This document shows positions 18,166 through 27,900 of a DNA stretch of 32,000 nt, in pieces. The first letter of the stretch is position 1. The number at the start of each line of letters is the position of its first letter. The translations under genes and the position numbers were made by a program. The notes beneath the pieces are model-generated. The model made no database searches. It worked only from the letters and a program-made list of their open reading frames with translations, and was not told the origin of the DNA. Origin of the DNA: an uncultured archaeon (GTDB lineage Archaea > Asgardarchaeota > Thorarchaeia > Thorarchaeales > CAZPUN01); the NCBI GenBank assembly GCA_964589775.1, contig CAZPUN010000037.1:14057-46056 (forward strand), written 5' to 3'.

Positions 18166-19055
18166 TCCGAGCCAGCTCCTAACAAATTCTTTTCAAGTAA
18201 TAATGGTTTGGGATCTGTATAATTATACTCGAGACCTAATGCAGATTCATCTAGTCCAAATGCAAGAGCCATCAATTGTGTGAAATAAAAGACCGGAATT
18301 GGATGAAAACCGGGATGCTCTCTCGCCACATCCATCTGAAATTTATCTAAATTATAATCACACAGTGGACATGAGAGTACCAATGCCTCGCCACCTCTTG
18401 CCACTGCAGAGGAGATAATTTTGTATGTTCGTTCCTTAATAATATGTTTACGTTCCACTGTATGATATGCACCACAACATTCAGTTTTCATTGGATCATT
18501 GATTACTTCAGCACCAAGAGCCTTCAATAATTTCTCCATTATAGTTGGAGATTCAGCATCGTCAATACCGACATCTCTAGGACGAAGTAATGTACATCCA
18601 TAATATGGTACAACTTTTAGACCTTTTAGTGGCTTTTTAACGAATTGCTTTATTTTTTCGAATCCAACATCTTGGTCTAAGACTTCTAGAAAATGAACTA
18701 CTTCAACGCCTGCTTGATATTTTTCAGGTTCTTCATACATGTAATTGTTAATTTTATCAAGCACTTCCTTATTTTTTTTCACTAACAAATTTGAACGCTT
18801 TAATGTGTTATAACACATAGAACATAAAGTAACCACTCGGTCTTTCTTCATTTCTTGAACACGCAACAAATTACGAATAGGAGCAACTTGATGCATTACA
18901 TCATCACTTGCAAGAGAGAATACAGTACCACAGCAAGTCCAGCGTGGTAATTCAATAAATTCAATGTCAAGAACCTTTGCAGAAGCAATAGCTGAGATTT
19001 CAAAGTTCTTAGCAGTACTCTTAACAGTACATCCTGGATAATATGCTAGCTCCAT
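18162..19055 (-). CDS. hdrB: Heterodisulfide reductase subunit B
   Basis: Two complete CCG domains: YYPGC/WTCCG/CSMC and YYGC/ECCG/CPLC. C-terminal PVFYFTQL..LA. ATGA overlap with hdrA. Confidence 0.95.
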   Translation of the reverse strand: MELAYYPGCTVKSTAKNFEISAIASAKVLDIEFIELPRWTCCGTVFSLASDDVMHQVAPIRNLLRVQEMKKDRVVTLCSMCYNTLKRSNLLVKKNKEVLDKINNYMYEEPEKYQAGVEVVHFLEVLDQDVGFEKIKQFVKKPLKGLKVVPYYGCTLLRPRDVGIDDAESPTIMEKLLKALGAEVINDPMKTECCGAYHTVERKHIIKERTYKIISSAVARGGEALVLSCPLCDYNLDKFQMDVAREHPGFHPIPVFYFTQLMALAFGLDESALGLEYNYTDPKPLLLEKNLLGAGSE

Positions 19056-19095
19056 TTTATTGCCTCATTCAAATTGTTTTGTTTATTAAAATAAA

Positions 19096-19503
19096 TTAGG
19101 GGGTATATTTCCTAAATGCGCTAACAAGTGCAATTGGGGGTAATGATTCTAAATCCTCTGAAGGCAAATCTCTAACTCTACTCATATCAATATTTTGTCT
19201 TAATTTTAATACACGTAATGCTTCCATTATTTTTGCCAGATCAACATCTTTGGGACAACGAACAGTACACGTGTAACAGGAAGCGCACATCCAGATAGAT
19301 TTCGAATTCAAAACTTCATCTTGTAATCCTAGTTGTACATATCGAATAACTTGATTGGGAAGTAAATCCATCTCTGAAACAATAGGACAACCTGCTGAAC
19401 ACTTACCACAATGATAGCATGCAAAGACATTTTGCCCACTGATTTCTTCGACTTTCTCGATAAATTCTTTTTTTGTCAATTTAGAAGATAATATGGTTCG
19501 CAT
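19096..19503 (-). CDS. hdrC: Heterodisulfide reductase subunit C (short form)
   Basis: CYHCGKCSAGCP and IWMCASCYTCTVRCP. Start ATG 19503 after GGTG (ORF track extends to 19548). Confidence 0.92.
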   Translation of the reverse strand: MRTILSSKLTKKEFIEKVEEISGQNVFACYHCGKCSAGCPIVSEMDLLPNQVIRYVQLGLQDEVLNSKSIWMCASCYTCTVRCPKDVDLAKIMEALRVLKLRQNIDMSRVRDLPSEDLESLPPIALVSAFRKYTP

Positions 19504-19662
19504 GGTAAACACCAAACCACTTAATGATGATAGCCACCAAAAAATCACGTAAAAGATTTTCGGTATAAAATAATTTTCATACTAATTTACAAATAGATTA
19601 ATAAAATCCTTAGCTAATGATTATGGAAATAATAAAAAAAGAAGGAAAATATGATGTGTTTC

Positions 19663-21339
19663 TTACATCATGCCTGGGTAGCCACCGCCCATGCCACCCA
19701 TACCGCCCATGCCGCCAGGACCGCCCATGCCACCAGCACCGGCACCTTCATTGCTGGACTTCTTACTTGCAATGACATCATCGATTCTAAGAATCATTTG
19801 AGCAGCTTCACTGGATGCTTTGATGGCTTGTGACTTTACACGAAGTGGCTCAATAACACCAGCAGAAAGCATATCAGAAACTTTACCATCGAATACATTT
19901 ACACCGTGCCATAGTCCGGATTCTGAAGAATGTGCCTTACGAAGGTCAACAAGAATGTTCAATGGATCATGACCGGCATTTTCTGCAAGGGTCTTTGGAA
20001 CAATTTCGAGAGCTTTTGCAAATGCTTCGATAGCTAATTGTTCACGACCTTCAACTTTCTTTGCAAGATCATTAAGTCTTCTGGATAGCTCGATTTCAAC
20101 TGCGCCACCGCCAGCGACATACTTGCCATCTTCGATTACATCACGAACTACACATAGTGCATCATGAAGCGCGCGTTCTGCTTCCTCAACTACGTGCTCA
20201 GTACCACCACGAATGACAATACTGACAGCCTTTGGATCCTTGCATTCACGAACATATACTAGTTTATCATCACCAAGCTTGACTTCTTCAACTAATCCAG
20301 CTTCACCTAAAGCACTTTCATCAATATCATCAAGGCTTGTAATAATCTTAGCACCAGTTGCACGAGCAAGTTTCTCCATTGTACTCTTCTTTACTCTGCG
20401 AATTGCCATAATGCCAGCTTTTGCAAGATGGTGCTGTGCGACGTCATCAATTCCCTTCTGGCAGAATACAACATTTGCACCGCTGTTGATAATCTTTTGA
20501 GACATTTCGGTTAAGATGCGTTCTTCTTCATCAAGGAATGCCTTAATTTGGCTTGGATCGGTAATACGAATTTCAGCATTAAATTCGGTCTTTTCAACTT
20601 CAATTGGGGCGTTGATCAATAAGATCTTAGCACCAGAGACTTTCTTGGGCATTGCAGGATGTACGACTTCTTTATCGACAACCATACCCTTTACTAGTTC
20701 GCTCTCTCTGAGATGCTTTCCTTGTTTCTTGATGACTTCAATCATGTCAATATTTGCAATCTTTTTGCCATCACGAACTTCGGTAATTTGCTTCACAGCC
20801 TCAACAGCAATCTTTGAGAAGAAATCGCGCTCGCCAACGATTGATTTGCTATTCATAGAAGTACCTGCAATTGCAAGAAGCGTCTTCTCATCATCAGCTT
20901 CCACATCAAGAGCAATTTCCTTCAAGATTTTGTTAGCTTCGTCTGCTGCTTTCTCATATCCACTTACGATAATTGTTGGGTGAATCTTCTTTTCTAACAA
21001 GTCTTGAGCTTGCTTGAGTAATTCACCAGCAATTACTACACTAGTGGTTGTACCATCGCCAGTTTCTTGATCCTGACTCTTTGCGACTTCAACAAGCATT
21101 TTTGCAGCGGGGTGCTGAACATCAATTTCTTTCAGAATTGAGGCACCATCATTTGTAATGGTAACGTCACCCAAACTGTCTACTAACATTTTATCCATTC
21201 CACGAGGACCAAGTGTAGATTTTACGGCATCAGCAATAATAATTGCAGCCATAATATTATTCATCTGAGCACTTCGTCCCTTTGATCTTTCAGTACCTTC
21301 CTTAAGGATAAGGATTGGTGCGCCTGCGAACTGTGCCAT
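19663..21339 (-). CDS. ths: Thermosome (group II chaperonin) subunit
   Basis: PILILKEGT; [12 protein letters not shown]; TNDG; GDGTTT; CQKGIDD; GGGAVE; ILRIDDVI; GGM-rich tail. GGAGG RBS. Oligo-T terminator at ~19630-19650. Confidence 0.98.
   Translation of the reverse strand: MAQFAGAPILILKEGTERSKGRSAQMNNIMAAIIIADAVKSTLGPRGMDKMLVDSLGDVTITNDGASILKEIDVQHPAAKMLVEVAKSQDQETGDGTTTSVVIAGELLKQAQDLLEKKIHPTIIVSGYEKAADEANKILKEIALDVEADDEKTLLAIAGTSMNSKSIVGERDFFSKIAVEAVKQITEVRDGKKIANIDMIEVIKKQGKHLRESELVKGMVVDKEVVHPAMPKKVSGAKILLINAPIEVEKTEFNAEIRITDPSQIKAFLDEEERILTEMSQKIINSGANVVFCQKGIDDVAQHHLAKAGIMAIRRVKKSTMEKLARATGAKIITSLDDIDESALGEAGLVEEVKLGDDKLVYVRECKDPKAVSIVIRGGTEHVVEEAERALHDALCVVRDVIEDGKYVAGGGAVEIELSRRLNDLAKKVEGREQLAIEAFAKALEIVPKTLAENAGHDPLNILVDLRKAHSSESGLWHGVNVFDGKVSDMLSAGVIEPLRVKSQAIKASSEAAQMILRIDDVIASKKSSNEGAGAGGMGGPGGMGGMGGMGGGYPGMM
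19675..19745 (-). repeat. 9-bp coding repeats encoding the thermosome GGM tail
   Basis: Variants of ccgcccatg/ccacccata encode [18 protein letters not shown]. Confidence 0.8.
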
Positions 21340-21344
21340 TTTTT

Positions 21345-21430
21345 AAATCCTCCTTTAAGTTCATAATAATAGTAAACTTAAAGTCCATATATTTTCATCA
21401 AAAATGTACATGTACTTCACAGTTATAAAC
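21345..21430 (-). promoter_or_regulatory. Thermosome promoter (TTTATAA 21423-21429) and 5' UTR inverted repeat next to the RBS
   Basis: CTTTAAGTT-N13-AACTTAAAG (21353-21383) is a perfect 9-bp inverted repeat. Its 3' arm runs into AAGGAGG on the mRNA. Confidence 0.55.
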
Positions 21431-21525
21431 ATTATCATATATACACGCAAGAAAAAGCCATGTAGTAAAACAAATATGTTCATTAATAAAAATTCCGAAA
21501 TAACAAAAAAAGAAAAAGAGAAAAA

Positions 21526-22806
21526 CTATATCTCTTTGGACAGTAGAGCACCCAAGCGTCGAATGCCTTTATCAATTAGATCTTCCTTTAGATATGAGAA
21601 ACCAAGTCTCATACAATTTGTTGAATAATGTCCTTGAACAATATCTTCTTTTTCTGGATCGTATGTATATCCGTTAAGAGGATAAAATGCTCGACCAGGA
21701 ACATATAAAATATCATTGGGCAATGCAACATCTTCAAGGAATTTACTTGAATCAAAAGGCTTATCGCTTTCCCACCAAATAAAGAAACCACCACTTGGGT
21801 CGGTTCGTACACCAGGTGGAAATGTCTCATCCATTGCTTTGCTCATTGCTTCATAACGCTTGCGATACTCATTTCTTACATTATCAATTACTTTATCAAA
21901 ATAGTCTCGATAATAAATATTAAGAATCTTTTGAAGAATTGTACTAGTACATAAATCTAGGTAACCTTTGTCTTTTAGAACTTCCTCTCGCAATGCATCA
22001 GGAAGAACAGAATAACCAACACGAAATACAGCAGCTTCTTTTGATGTTGATGAAAGATAAGCAACACGCTCGTTATTTTTGTCGAACGATTTTATTGGGG
22101 GTATGCGTTCGCCCTTAAATTGTATCTCTTTATATGCCGCATCTTCAATAATGAGAATATCATATGTTTCCGCAATATCAAATAATGCCTTTCGACGAGA
22201 TAGTGGTAGTGTTGTACCCTTAGGATTATCAGAATCGGGAACTATATAAATAATATCTGGAGTTTTGTTCCAACGCGCAATGGATTTTTCAATTGCTTTT
22301 TCGAGATATTCTGGAATAATCCCGTCCAAATCCGTTGGGACTGTAACAATGTTTGACCTTAATTTTACTGCAGGAACCAAGAATCCAAGATACGCGGGAC
22401 TCGGTGTTAAAATGATGTCACCAGGATCTATTAAGGTATCAAGTATGGCATACAAAGCTTGTTGAGATCCTGAAGTAAGCGTAACTTTGCTCCACCCGTC
22501 ACTCCCAAGAGGAACATGATCACGTTCTTTCAAACGAGACGCAAGAGTTTCCAAGAACCATTTCTTACCACCAGTAGGGCCATAATTATAATCATCGATT
22601 ACAAGTGTCTCATTACCTGAGTGGATATTATTCAATTGCTCATTGCCAAGTTCAATGAGAATCTTAGCAAAAATTTCCGTAGGAATTACACCAGGCTTGC
22701 CACCTGCAAAATAGTAAGTCACATTATACCGCAGCAGACGCCTGATTTCGCTTTCTGGGATGAATCCGGTCCATTCGGCAAAATCCCAACCTTGCTTAAT
22801 GCCCAT
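21526..22806 (-). CDS. PLP-dependent class I aminotransferase (LysN/Aro8/MocR-like catalytic domain)
   Basis: FAGGKP; YGPTGG; TSGSQQAL; P.YLG; DNPKG; IIEDAAY; STSK (PLP lysine)...RVGY; GGFFIW; MRLGFS. Confidence 0.92.
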   Translation of the reverse strand: MGIKQGWDFAEWTGFIPESEIRRLLRYNVTYYFAGGKPGVIPTEIFAKILIELGNEQLNNIHSGNETLVIDDYNYGPTGGKKWFLETLASRLKERDHVPLGSDGWSKVTLTSGSQQALYAILDTLIDPGDIILTPSPAYLGFLVPAVKLRSNIVTVPTDLDGIIPEYLEKAIEKSIARWNKTPDIIYIVPDSDNPKGTTLPLSRRKALFDIAETYDILIIEDAAYKEIQFKGERIPPIKSFDKNNERVAYLSSTSKEAAVFRVGYSVLPDALREEVLKDKGYLDLCTSTILQKILNIYYRDYFDKVIDNVRNEYRKRYEAMSKAMDETFPPGVRTDPSGGFFIWWESDKPFDSSKFLEDVALPNDILYVPGRAFYPLNGYTYDPEKEDIVQGHYSTNCMRLGFSYLKEDLIDKGIRRLGALLSKEI

Positions 22807-22900
22807 TTTTGGTTTTCTCCTTAGGCTAAACTTATCGATTTAATGCTTATTTTATTTATTTTTATTGGTTTCGAAATTAACCATAGACCAAAGTGAAAAT

Positions 22901-23701
22901 TTAAGTATAAAAGAATTTTTGCGTAACTTTTTTGAATTCGTAAGCAGCTTGTTGGGGATCCTTACTTTGAAAAATCGCTCGTCCAATAATGCCGAAATCA
23001 CAGCCATTTTTAAAAGCTAATTCAAGTGACCCTCCTTGTGCACCGATTCCAGGAGAATAGATATCAACTTTATTTTTTAACATCTGAGAAATTTCAGATA
23101 ACTTTTCGATGTGTGTTGCACCTACGATTACACCATCGGCATTCCACTCAATCGCACGTGACGCAAATATCTGATAAAGTGTCTTAGTTTTTGATTCATT
23201 AGAACATTTTAGTCCATACCCTTCAATTGCGCCGGGATGAGACATATACGTCAAAAGGATTACACCACGATCATTTCCGGCCTCGTCAAATACATGTTCC
23301 ATAGCGCCCTTCCAGCCAACAAAAGGATTTGCAATGATTGCATCAAATCCCACACTGAAATAATGCTTTGCAATCCATGTGTTTGTATGTCCTACGTCAT
23401 TTATTTTTGCATCCATAATTTTCAGTATATCCAGATCAGTAGCTATATCCAATAGTTCTGGAAGCCGATCAGTCAGACCAAGAGGAAGAACCATTTGTCG
23501 GTTTATTTTTACAGCTACAATATAGTCAGCAGTTAATTTCAAAACATCAATAGCTTTTTTCAAAAGTTCTTTTTTATATGAATCCCATTTTTCTCGATTT
23601 ACAGGGATTTCTTTTGATATGTCAAGAGCTAAAATGACTCGACTCTGTTTTTCATCAGCATATCTATTTATTTTTTTCATAAATTTTCTTTCGCGAATCA
23701 T
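22901..23701 (-). CDS. pyrF: Orotidine-5'-phosphate decarboxylase
   Basis: ILALD; VAVK; DAKINDVGHT (DxKxxD); MSHPG; VGAT; SPGIGAQGG; IIGRAI. Confidence 0.95.
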   Translation of the reverse strand: MIRERKFMKKINRYADEKQSRVILALDISKEIPVNREKWDSYKKELLKKAIDVLKLTADYIVAVKINRQMVLPLGLTDRLPELLDIATDLDILKIMDAKINDVGHTNTWIAKHYFSVGFDAIIANPFVGWKGAMEHVFDEAGNDRGVILLTYMSHPGAIEGYGLKCSNESKTKTLYQIFASRAIEWNADGVIVGATHIEKLSEISQMLKNKVDIYSPGIGAQGGSLELAFKNGCDFGIIGRAIFQSKDPQQAAYEFKKVTQKFFYT

Positions 23702-23771
23702 GATATGACTGTTTATTTTTGTATCTAAAAACCTTCTGTATTAATATTTTTAAACTAGAAATATCCTACAT

Positions 23772-24833
23772 ATGACTGGAGGAATCATCACATTGTCAAG
23801 AATCAAAATTCCAAACTTAATATTAGTTATCATTGCAATACTTATGCCAATCTATGCAACATTATTAACGATCATTTTACCGTTTAGACTGACAACAACG
23901 GGAAATATGATTTTAGATCTTTTTGTAAATGAAGCCTTATTACCAATTATTATCACGTTACCATGGTGGTATATAATATATGAAGGGCGGTATAGATTAG
24001 TAAATGCGATGCGAACTACATGGAATTCTACCAGCATGATTCCTCTAAGATGGCGATTATTTTATGGTATTAATGCATTTGTTGTACTAATAGCTTTTGT
24101 TATTCCATTTATATCATTACCAATTGCAATAATAGCAGGTATTCTATTAGCAGGAAAGATTAAACAATATATAAGCCGCATTGGAATTCACGGCGGTGTT
24201 AGAACTATTGCTGCAATATTTATTGAGATTTTACTACTTGTTATTCCAGCAGCATATCTATTTTACTTTTACAATGCATACTATCCAGTATGGCAAACAA
24301 TTGAAACTGTATGGAATACAATATGGGTAGATATTGTATATGGAATCGCACAATGTGTTGTGAACGCCCTTAGTTTCGGTTCAGTAGTTTATTTCATATA
24401 TTATGGTGCTGCAGAATACGAGCGAAACATGATAGGTATAGAAATTACAAAACCGCCAAAGACGATAATAAAAATTATAGAGACAATTTTATTCTTCGTA
24501 TTCATCTATTTATGGATTGATCAATTACCAACACCGTTCGGTATAATATATATGGGAAATATGAGATACTTATTCCAGACAATCATTAATCCAATTTCAT
24601 TAGGGATTGTAGGAATTGTGTTCATATTGAAAATAATTAGTGGAAAATCACCTACAAGCTCTAGAAAATCCGCGTTGGGAATAATTTTAGTTGGAGCTTT
24701 TCTTGCAGTTGAGATTTTCAATAGATTTAACATACTTATGATAAATACAATCATTTTCCTATCATTTGCAATATTTGCAGGTGCGTTTATAATTAATGTA
24801 ATTAGAGCACCAAAAAGTGAAGTCTATTACTAA
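23772..24833 (+). CDS. Hypothetical polytopic membrane protein (~9-10 TM)
   Basis: Many long hydrophobic segments. I recognise no family motif. Confidence 0.8.
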   Translation: MTGGIITLSRIKIPNLILVIIAILMPIYATLLTIILPFRLTTTGNMILDLFVNEALLPIIITLPWWYIIYEGRYRLVNAMRTTWNSTSMIPLRWRLFYGINAFVVLIAFVIPFISLPIAIIAGILLAGKIKQYISRIGIHGGVRTIAAIFIEILLLVIPAAYLFYFYNAYYPVWQTIETVWNTIWVDIVYGIAQCVVNALSFGSVVYFIYYGAAEYERNMIGIEITKPPKTIIKIIETILFFVFIYLWIDQLPTPFGIIYMGNMRYLFQTIINPISLGIVGIVFILKIISGKSPTSSRKSALGIILVGAFLAVEIFNRFNILMINTIIFLSFAIFAGAFIINVIRAPKSEVYY

Positions 24834-24845
24834 AGGAGAGAAGAA

Positions 24846-25292
24846 TTGTTGAAATACAAAAATCCAGCACTCGCGGTGGATATAATAATTGAACATGAGA
24901 ATGAAATCGTTTTAATCACCCGAAAACATGAACCATATAAGGATACATACGCGATTCCAGGGGGATTTGTAGAATATGGCGAATTAGTTGAACATGCAGC
25001 AATACGAGAAGCATACGAAGAGACCAAATTAAGAATCGAACTAAAAGAAATTTTAGGCTGTTATTCAAAAGCAGACAGGGATCCAAGGAAACATGTGATT
25101 TCAATAGTATTTATCGCATCTACAAATGATCACACACCAGAAGGCAGCGATGATGCTAAGACTGCTCAATTTTTCCCAATTTCAGAAATTAATCAATTAA
25201 ATTTAGCATTTGACCATAAACAAATACTACAAGACTACATCATCTGGAAAAAGAAAGGAGGAACCTATTGGTCAACAAAAGAAAAAGAATGA
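24846..25292 (+). CDS. NUDIX hydrolase (ADP-ribose pyrophosphatase-like)
   Basis: Nudix box GGFVEYGELVEHAAIREAYEETKL; RDPR.H; SDDA; LAFDH. TTG start with AGGAG RBS. Confidence 0.93.
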   Translation: MLKYKNPALAVDIIIEHENEIVLITRKHEPYKDTYAIPGGFVEYGELVEHAAIREAYEETKLRIELKEILGCYSKADRDPRKHVISIVFIASTNDHTPEGSDDAKTAQFFPISEINQLNLAFDHKQILQDYIIWKKKGGTYWSTKEKE

Positions 25293-25302
25293 AAAATAAT
25301 AC

Positions 25303-25665
25303 TTAGATCGCAATAAATGCGGGCTTTCGCTTTAATTTTATTATTGGAAAATAGAATTTTCCAGGTGAACTTGCATTATCTACACAACTTGCTTTATCTT
25401 GATTTGATTCATATTGCAAGAAATGACCATTTGGCTCTTCATCTAAAGAGACATATATGAAAATAGGTAGCCCGTAAAAATCATACCACCCGTGCATAGT
25501 GGAGATAGTTCCTAAAATAAATTTAGTATCATCTTTGAAAAGCAATATACTAGGAGCTTGTTCTCTAGGCCCTCGCGCTGCTAACATTCGTGCAAGGTCA
25601 GAAAGGCTATCCAATTCGAAGGATTGTGATACGCCAACATCACGTTTTTTATTTTCGTCTGTCAT
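25303..25665 (-). CDS. Conserved archaeal hypothetical protein (resembles the small 'cren protein' family)
   Basis: SLSDLAR.., YYDF/YGLPIFIYV-type segment, FLQY and C-terminal PIIKLK..P. GAGGG RBS. Family assignment is from recollection only. Confidence 0.65.
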   Translation of the reverse strand: MTDENKKRDVGVSQSFELDSLSDLARMLAARGPREQAPSILLFKDDTKFILGTISTMHGWYDFYGLPIFIYVSLDEEPNGHFLQYESNQDKASCVDNASSPGKFYFPIIKLKRKPAFIAI

Positions 25666-25734
25666 GATGTTCCCTCATTTGTTTATTATATTAAATAGCA
25701 ATAATTACGTTATTTAAGTAAACCGATTCAAAGC

Positions 25735-27813
25735 TTATTTTAGAATTTTCAGGATTTTTGAAACTTCAGATTTTTCGCCAACGATTAGTATAGAGATCAC
25801 ATGAGTGCCAGATGATGCACCAACAGTTATCGCAATTGATAAGTTTCCGCCATTGCAAATAATAAACGGATATGTTTCGACCTCTACATACTTGAAATCT
25901 GAAATACCAAAGGAATTAATCTTTTGCAATATTAGTGAAATTTCATCTATTGGGTCGTTTTTAGGTAATATACTATAGACCTTATAATAACTAAATAAAT
26001 TATTATTAAGATGATCATGGAGTTTTCGAGAATATAGTAATTTTCGCTCAAGAACATCCGTCAATAATTCTATTGGTAAGTAGCTAAATAATTTTATGAT
26101 TACTTTATCAAGAACTTCAAAATGCTCGAGGCGTTTTGATGATACTTTATCTTTTTCCTCAAAAGAACTAGTGGCTCCTGAAGATTCATCAAAAGATAAT
26201 TCAGGTGTCTCGGGGGTTCTTAATGGAGTTTCATACATCTCAGATTTATCTTCTGAAAGTTCTTCTTCAGAAGACTCTTCGTCAAGCCGTTCGGGAAGTA
26301 AATCAATTGTTTTTAGAATGTCTGAGAGCTTATCTTCACCACCATGGCGACTAACACGAGGTCGAACTTGCATTATGAATCCACGAGTGTTTTCTGTCAC
26401 TTGATCGAAAACAATAGCTACACCACTAGGTAAGCTACTAATGAATGCTTTACTTTTTAGTTCCTCGGGAAGATATGCAGGAGCTCGTTCACGCAATGCA
26501 CGAATATCAGCATCATAACTTAAATTATGTGATATAAGTATGTCCGCCTGTGAAATAACTTGATCATTAACTGAAGCGGGTTGTTGCGTGCATAAAACCA
26601 AGCTACAACCAAATCGACGCCCCAATTTTGCATAGGATATCAAAGCATCCGTCGCGGGAGTTCGTCCAGTTCGAGGCACTAATGTCTGAGCTTCATCAAC
26701 AATCAACCAAGTGGGAGGTAATTCATCTCGCTTAGTAATACCAGTATCATCCCACTCCATACGATGAGCAAGAATCTGACGACTCAAAATGCTTGTAAGT
26801 ATAGATAACGCACGCATTGCATTAGCACCTAATGAAGACACATCTATTATCGTGATCGTGTTTTCGCGTGCAATTTCATTAATACTAGTACCATCTTTAT
26901 GAAAAATCCCAATTTTCTTAGCTGTTCTAAGTCGTTGAATTATAGCAGTTCTAGTAGAGAATGAATAAAATCTATTTAATTCAACAGAACTGTCGATACA
27001 CTCAATCAAATCATCAATACTAAATTTCCGTTTAGGAGGACGTTTTATGGTTTCTCCGGATATATTAGCGGTATAACCCTTTTTCAGTAAGTCGATTGCT
27101 TCACCCAGAAGATTTTCTTGCGAAGTACTAAAACGACCTTCTTTTTCTAAAATGTAAGTCCAGTCCCCAGTACTTAATTCAGCAGGCGATATCTTTAAAG
27201 GATACAAATGATTTTCTCGAACTATGTTGGGGGGTAATTTATTATAATTTTTATATGGGATAAAAACAATAAGATTATCAAAAGTAGAAGGTTCAAGTCC
27301 CCATTTTTTTAATAATTCAGACTGATCTACATTTGGATATACCATCTGGCGGAAAACATCAACGGTATCAATTATAATAACAGATACACGAATATCTTTT
27401 TTCTTAATTGAAAATCCTAATGATTCAGCAATTACACCTAAAGTATAACTTTTCCCACTTCCGCGTTTTCCAGCAACAAATATTACATGGGGTTTAATAA
27501 AATCAAGATACACAGGAACTGTAAACAAAGAGCCATATTTTGATTCAGATTTTTCAGACACTGCACCAATTAATTCTAAGCCGTGATTCAAATATTTCGC
27601 GTGAAAATTTTGGGAACGCCCTAAAATAACGCCAATATTTTTATCAATATGCATTGACAATGGTTCTGAAACACGTGGATAAAATGAGAAACATGCCTCG
27701 TCGATTTTAGGGATAGAAGCAGCTTCCGTGTCATTCGTCAATTCTTCTGAGAATATAATGCTATCTTGTACATCCATATCTGTATCTTTAATAGGCTCTT
27801 CATCATGCGTCAA
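25735..27813 (-). CDS. HerA/FtsK-like (DUF87) P-loop ATPase with acidic linker and C-terminal domain
   Basis: PHVIFVAGKRGSGKSYT (Walker A); IIIDT; IIDVS; WLIVDEAQ (Walker B); GRRFGCSLVLCTQQP. TTG 27813 after GAGGG preferred over the ORF-track start at 27867. Confidence 0.88.
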   Translation of the reverse strand: MTHDEEPIKDTDMDVQDSIIFSEELTNDTEAASIPKIDEACFSFYPRVSEPLSMHIDKNIGVILGRSQNFHAKYLNHGLELIGAVSEKSESKYGSLFTVPVYLDFIKPHVIFVAGKRGSGKSYTLGVIAESLGFSIKKKDIRVSVIIIDTVDVFRQMVYPNVDQSELLKKWGLEPSTFDNLIVFIPYKNYNKLPPNIVRENHLYPLKISPAELSTGDWTYILEKEGRFSTSQENLLGEAIDLLKKGYTANISGETIKRPPKRKFSIDDLIECIDSSVELNRFYSFSTRTAIIQRLRTAKKIGIFHKDGTSINEIARENTITIIDVSSLGANAMRALSILTSILSRQILAHRMEWDDTGITKRDELPPTWLIVDEAQTLVPRTGRTPATDALISYAKLGRRFGCSLVLCTQQPASVNDQVISQADILISHNLSYDADIRALRERAPAYLPEELKSKAFISSLPSGVAIVFDQVTENTRGFIMQVRPRVSRHGGEDKLSDILKTIDLLPERLDEESSEEELSEDKSEMYETPLRTPETPELSFDESSGATSSFEEKDKVSSKRLEHFEVLDKVIIKLFSYLPIELLTDVLERKLLYSRKLHDHLNNNLFSYYKVYSILPKNDPIDEISLILQKINSFGISDFKYVEVETYPFIICNGGNLSIAITVGASSGTHVISILIVGEKSEVSKILKILK

Positions 27814-27900
27814 TAAAGTTCCCTCAATAATAATAATGCTATAGATTAAATAAAAACCTTTATTCATATTAAAAATTTAGAAATATTAGAGGCGGCATAT

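Noticed and set aside
9232-19503. Evidence of methanogenesis
   Set aside because: Hdr/MvhD modules are widespread in non-methanogens, and there is no mcr or mtr in the window.
19541-19560. AAAATC-N8-GATTTT inverted repeat upstream of hdrC
   Set aside because: Only 6-bp AT-rich arms, which are expected by chance at this base composition.
23772-27813. Ced-like DNA import system (membrane protein plus HerA/VirB4 ATPase)
   Set aside because: The genes are on opposite strands and separated by unrelated genes. The ATPase lacks an N-terminal TM segment and no CedA similarity is evident.
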